From Patescibacteria group bacterium (GTDB lineage Bacteria; Patescibacteriota; Minisyncoccia; Phycocordibacterales; Phycocordibacteraceae), in assembly GCA_040384705.1 (NCBI GenBank), contig JAZKIU010000001.1, forward strand, positions 153,907 through 217,906: DNA of 64,000 bases, given 5' to 3'. Below, piece by piece: positions 59,889 through 64,000 of this stretch. Below the pieces are notes generated by a model. That model did not search any database, had not been told where the DNA came from, and saw nothing but the letters and a program-made list of their open reading frames with translations. The position numbers and the translations under genes were made by a program. Position 1 is the first letter of the stretch. The number at the start of each line of letters is the position of its first letter.

Positions 59889-60361
59889 GTAGACCCGCTC
59901 TCAGCTCTATAGGTACCTTTGCCGGGGACCTACAGAGCCCAAAGCGGGTCTCGGTATGTGTGGCAAAGGTTTATCCCATAAGCAAAACCGCAGAAGAAAT
60001 TCTGCGGTTTGAGGCACAGAGCGGCCGCCTCAAAACCACAGCTAAGCTGAAAGATTTGGTGCGGCGGCTGGCGGGTACTCTGAGGGCGCTAATGGCTCCT
60101 GCTATGACTCCTATAGCCTATGCTCTCCGTGCGGGGTCTGCTGAGGACACCCAACGAATTAGATTCATTATAGAACTTCCCATAAGTCATGCAAGCAATC
60201 TGTTGATAAATTCCTCGCGAAGAGAAAGGGATACGCTATTTAGACTAGTCAGATGTATACAGGAGTAGACACTTGTATACTGACGGCTATAAGAAAGCGT
60301 TAGGAAGCCAGTCCGGGACTTAGAGAATAGACGGGTGTACAGTCTTTTTATAACCGAACGA

Positions 60362-62302
60362 ATGGCCACATTTCGACACATCGCACCGAATATTGATAGC
60401 AGGACCATCTGCATTGTTGACTACGAAAACAGGGTGTTAGCGGCTGTAGTGTCTTCCTATTTCAATGCGCGAGGAGGATATCTTCCCTTATTTACATTTC
60501 CTAACGTTGCAGTGGGACATGATGAGGATAATGACTTCCAGGAGGACGGTTTCCTTTCGCGAATGGTTGGGGCTGAGTTCTCCGTACTAGTGAATAACGC
60601 ACTGGCACGCACGGGAAGAATCGAGCATGTCGTTTGCGTTGGTTTATCGGTGGAACAGAAAAGTTATCTTAGATTTCCCGCGCGCATACGCATTATTGAT
60701 ATTGATTCAATGGAGGAGGTTGAGAGTAATCTCTCGAAGATATCGCGCGTACCTTCGAAGGAGCTTAGGTGCAAGAGTGCCGACGCACTGTCGGGCTTAT
60801 ACCTTGCAAGAAGGACTGGGTGCAGGTTGGTGATAGACGAGTCAGTAGAGCCCATTGTTCTCCCCGTGGACCCAAATGCAGGGGTCATTGTCGTAGAGAA
60901 CTATGATAAAGCTTCGACCATTGTGGGAGTGAACTATGCTCTCGCGATTGGGGCGGACCTGGTCGTTGTAGACAGTCTGCCCGAGAGCGAGTTTAGGAGA
61001 ATCCCGAGATACTTTCTGAAATGGAAGCAACAGGGAGATGGCGCTAGCGAATCGGATTTGCGAGCGCTGGCAGATGGACGTATTGCCGGTATGCGGTTCA
61101 GTGGTCGTGAATATGCGACCTTCTTTACAGAAGGGTTGCCCTACGGCTATTTCATTGGAAATGAGATACCGTGCAGCCACGTGAGTCTCCGTCTCCGGCC
61201 GGACCTTTTCGTATTCAACGCAATAGTTTTTGAAAAGATGGCCCAGTTCCACTCAGGCGTGGTCTTCTCGCCAAAGTTCTTTCAGAAGGAAGAGACCGAA
61301 GCAATTGAATCGCTCCTCAAGGAGAGTAACTATCTCGTAAAGTCCCTGGTCGGCGAGGAAGCCACCGTCCACAACCTAGACTTCTATGCGCAGCATTATG
61401 CCTACGATATTTTCCATATCTGTACGCACGGCGGAGAGGTGCCGGGCATGAGAACAACTGAGGACTTTACAGACCGAATGGGTGTAAAACATACGGTGGT
61501 CAGCGATGTGGTCGCTGCCTTTGAGATTATTCCCGGCTCAGAGCTAATTGGTGTTCAAGAAAAGACCTTCACCCGTTTCTTTGATGGTATGGAATGGATG
61601 AGTAAGGACATGCAGGGTAAGCGGCTGCCAAGCTACATATTCGAGGACATGCGTAAGGCCTTCCACTACAGAGACGAGCCGAATCCGGAGGCAAAGCATA
61701 CTCCTATTGGCAACGTCGTTGATTCTTGCTGCATTGCGTGCGCGGGAAATCTATTTCATCAAGGCACGTTCAGGATACTTTCTTCCCATAACTCGCCGTA
61801 TATCTTCAATAACAGCTGCTGGTCTGCAGGCGAAGCCTCCCACTTCTTCTTATCCAGTGGTGCGAGGGGATATATTGGAACGCTTTGGGCAATCGGCGTT
61901 GCGGAAGCTGTAGATGGAGCAGAAGCCTTCTACTCAAATATCTTCAAGAAGCCTGTCCTGAACGCATTTGCTGACGCACTACTCGCCATAAGCAATACGT
62001 CAGATGCGAATATTTACATCTTCTGGGGCTTGCATTTCAGTACACTTACGACGGCATCCTCAGTAGCCGACAGCAGACACCGCGTCTTCAGAGAACTCAT
62101 TCGTGGTTACAGGGCTTGGAGCAGGAAGGCCGCGACCAGCCCTAATGCGGAGGTAAAGAAGAACTCTCTCGAAATAGCGAGGCTCATACGCCTACACACC
62201 ACAAAGGACTTCCGTCCCGAAGATGTAAGAAGGCTCACGAAGCCAACAATAAAGGAACAAGTATTAGAGATATTCAGCAAGCGGAGTTCGGAAACCCAGT
62301 AG
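60362..62302 (+). CDS. CHAT / caspase-like cysteine peptidase domain protein
   Basis: IFHICTHG (His), IFNNSC (Cys), FLSSGARGYIGTLWAI. Confidence 0.75.
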   Translation: MATFRHIAPNIDSRTICIVDYENRVLAAVVSSYFNARGGYLPLFTFPNVAVGHDEDNDFQEDGFLSRMVGAEFSVLVNNALARTGRIEHVVCVGLSVEQKSYLRFPARIRIIDIDSMEEVESNLSKISRVPSKELRCKSADALSGLYLARRTGCRLVIDESVEPIVLPVDPNAGVIVVENYDKASTIVGVNYALAIGADLVVVDSLPESEFRRIPRYFLKWKQQGDGASESDLRALADGRIAGMRFSGREYATFFTEGLPYGYFIGNEIPCSHVSLRLRPDLFVFNAIVFEKMAQFHSGVVFSPKFFQKEETEAIESLLKESNYLVKSLVGEEATVHNLDFYAQHYAYDIFHICTHGGEVPGMRTTEDFTDRMGVKHTVVSDVVAAFEIIPGSELIGVQEKTFTRFFDGMEWMSKDMQGKRLPSYIFEDMRKAFHYRDEPNPEAKHTPIGNVVDSCCIACAGNLFHQGTFRILSSHNSPYIFNNSCWSAGEASHFFLSSGARGYIGTLWAIGVAEAVDGAEAFYSNIFKKPVLNAFADALLAISNTSDANIYIFWGLHFSTLTTASSVADSRHRVFRELIRGYRAWSRKAATSPNAEVKKNSLEIARLIRLHTTKDFRPEDVRRLTKPTIKEQVLEIFSKRSSETQ

Positions 62303-62408
62303 AAACGCTCTAATAGAGGACATCCTCGAACGTCGTTTATTACTCCCAGTAGTTATACAAGCCCTTAGGTAAAGGCGTTTAGACAGAGGAGTATTAGGAC
62401 GTTAGAAC

Positions 62409-62864
62409 TTATCCGCCGATAGTATCGAGCTTCGTTTCCATCCATTCGATTTCTGCTTGCTGACCTTTCAAGATATTTCCGCAGAGCTCCTTTATCTGAG
62501 TATCTTCTAGATTAGCTTTCTCGCACATAAGAATAGCCCCAGCATGGTGAGGAATCATCGAGCGCAGGAACTGTTCATCGCCTATGGCTACTTGTTCACG
62601 AATAAGAAAGAAGGAGAGCGCAAGTACAAGGACGCCAATTGCGATAATACCGACATTGAACTTTTTGTTGGGATACATTGAGCCCATGATGAGGAGCTCC
62701 AGTACTACCATCGGCGCAGCCATAAGAGCTGCCATGTAGAACTGGTTATGGTTGGGAAGGGCATGCGCAAAGGTGTCCACCATTGCGTACATGAGTACGT
62801 ACATGGCTCCTAAATGCAGGATAAACATGAGCGCTAGTTTCCCGTAGTTTTTAGTGTGGTCCAT
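62409..62864 (-). CDS. DUF305-domain membrane protein
   Basis: Met-rich TM region; FLRSMIPHH.GAI.MC...I...Q..EI..M. Confidence 0.85.
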   Translation of the reverse strand: MDHTKNYGKLALMFILHLGAMYVLMYAMVDTFAHALPNHNQFYMAALMAAPMVVLELLIMGSMYPNKKFNVGIIAIGVLVLALSFFLIREQVAIGDEQFLRSMIPHHAGAILMCEKANLEDTQIKELCGNILKGQQAEIEWMETKLDTIGG

Positions 62865-62892
62865 AGCATTAGAGTAGTCCTTTATTGCCTCG

Positions 62893-62920
62893 TTGACAAT
62901 ATACCCCATGGGGGTATATT
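62893..62920 (+). promoter_or_regulatory. CsoR-type operator within sigma70 promoter
   Basis: TTGACA...TATATT enclosing palindrome AATATACCCC-ATG-GGGGTATATT. Confidence 0.8.
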
Positions 62921-62926
62921 GGGTAT

Positions 62927-63193
62927 ATGAAAGTCGAAACAACCAAACAGGTGCTCAACCGTTTGCGCCGCATTGAAGGTCAGGTGCGCGGGCTTCAAAA
63001 GATGGTCGAAGAAGGAACGTACTGTGTAGATGTCATCACGCAGACTTCCGCAGTGAAGAAGGCCCTTTCAGCCGTGGAAGACCAGCTCATGGAAGGTCAT
63101 CTTGGGTCCTGCGTTATCGGTCAGATGAAAAGGGGTCAACACGATAAAGCAACGAAGGAAATCCTGAAAGTTTATTCACTAAAGCGCACCTAG
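62927..63193 (+). CDS. csoR: CsoR/RcnR-family metal-sensing repressor
   Basis: RLRRIEGQVRG, YC.DVITQ, H...C (C-H-C Cu(I) signature). Confidence 0.88.
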   Translation: MKVETTKQVLNRLRRIEGQVRGLQKMVEEGTYCVDVITQTSAVKKALSAVEDQLMEGHLGSCVIGQMKRGQHDKATKEILKVYSLKRT

Positions 63194-63194
63194 T

Positions 63195-63656
63195 ATGAGC
63201 CACGGACACTCTCAAAGTCTCAATAAAGTAGCATTCAGTGCCACGCTCCATTGTCTTACCGGCTGTGCCACCGGTGAGGTGCTTGGCCTCGTTATAGGTA
63301 CAGCTCTCGGTTGGGGAGCAGGACAAACTATCGTGCTTGCGGTGGTACTCGCATTCTTCTTTGGATATCTCTTTACCATGGTCCCCTTGCTGCGTCATGG
63401 CATGACACTCGGCGCTGCCGTGGGTCTTGCATTCGCCTCTGATACCGCTTCAATCGCAATCATGGAAGTCGTAGACAACGCTGTAATGCTTCTTATCCCG
63501 GGGGCCATGACGGCAGGCCTCACTGCCCCCTTATTTTGGGTGAGCATGGTTATCGCTCTTGTAATTGCGGGAGCGTTCGCATTCCCGGTAAATCGCTGGC
63601 TTATTGCCAGAGGAAAGGGGCATGCGGTCGTGCACGCTCATCACGGGCATCATTAG
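63195..63656 (+). CDS. DUF4396-like membrane protein
   Basis: ATLHCLTGC..GE, DTASI.IME, FPVNRWLI.RGKGH. Confidence 0.85.
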   Translation: MSHGHSQSLNKVAFSATLHCLTGCATGEVLGLVIGTALGWGAGQTIVLAVVLAFFFGYLFTMVPLLRHGMTLGAAVGLAFASDTASIAIMEVVDNAVMLLIPGAMTAGLTAPLFWVSMVIALVIAGAFAFPVNRWLIARGKGHAVVHAHHGHH

Positions 63657-63674
63657 AAATCATATTCATTTACT

Positions 63675-63947
63675 ATGAACACACGTCTCTCACCAACAGC
63701 AACAGGGCTCGCGCTTTCAGGAACGCTAGTAATCGTTTTCGTGCTCTGTGCATTCGTGCAGGCAGTAGCTCCCGGCCTCCAGGCAAGTCACATGTGGGTG
63801 AATCTGTTTACGGCAGCGCCTATCGGCTCTGCTGAAGCTTGGTTCGAAGGGATTCTTTCAAGTCTCGTAGCAGGTTTCATCGCAGGATGGCTCTTCGGTG
63901 CTATTTACAACAAGAAAGCCGCGTGGCTCGAACGTCGCGGTAAGTAA
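63675..63947 (+). CDS. Small membrane protein (DUF5676-like)
   Basis: 90 aa, hydrophobic, H-M-W motif, ends YN. Confidence 0.65.
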   Translation: MNTRLSPTATGLALSGTLVIVFVLCAFVQAVAPGLQASHMWVNLFTAAPIGSAEAWFEGILSSLVAGFIAGWLFGAIYNKKAAWLERRGK

Positions 63948-63958
63948 TATCTCTACCC

Positions 63959-64000
63959 ATGAATACCAATACACTAGTTATCGCACTCATCACCCTCGTC
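63959..64000 (+). CDS. Start of a membrane/secreted protein (truncated by window end)
   Basis: MNTNTLVIALITLV. Confidence 0.5.
   Translation, partial: MNTNTLVIALITLV

Larger units (their letters stand above)
57014..64000. mobile_element. Integrative element / genomic island at tRNA-Gln (right end not seen in window)
   Basis: Large serine recombinase abutting the tRNA, abrupt drop in GC and change in codon style, replication-like gene, accessory cargo. Confidence 0.8.

Noticed and set aside
59960-60268. 102-aa ORF in the island intergenic region
   Set aside because: GTG start, no motifs, and it overlaps multiple hairpins; more likely non-coding.
57026-64000. Second att site (duplicate tRNA-Gln 3' end)
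   Set aside because: No copy found by eye within the window, so the right boundary of the element is unassigned.

Overview
Chromosomal segment of a small-genome bacterium, most consistent with Patescibacteria/CPR (Parcubacteria-like). This is inferred from gene content and order: secY-adk-map, a compact type IV pilus locus with an embedded receiver protein, a short prfB, tRNA-Ile(UAU), many peptidoglycan-binding surface proteins and apparently leaderless genes. Standard genetic code 11 (TGA is a stop). From 1 to about 57 kb the window is GC-rich core genome: translation and nucleotide genes, tmRNA/smpB, ftsH, recG, comF-pil locus, ligA, gatCA, prfB-ftsEX-pyrG and 8 tRNAs, interspersed with single ORFan cassettes. 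From the 3' end of tRNA-Gln(CTG) at about 57,014 the composition becomes visibly AT-richer. An integrative element begins there, carrying a large serine recombinase whose stop codon lies inside the tRNA, a structured RNA leader with two antisense/target pairs (C4/CI-like switch), a replication-type HTH protein, a stand-alone CHAT/caspase-like protease and a CsoR-regulated metal-resistance cassette. Other highlights are an unannotated ~139-nt promoter- and terminator-bounded ncRNA (6S-like), overlapping bidirectional -10 promoters, and a 63-nt identical block shared by tandem pilin genes. All calls come from reading the sequence; no database searches were run.
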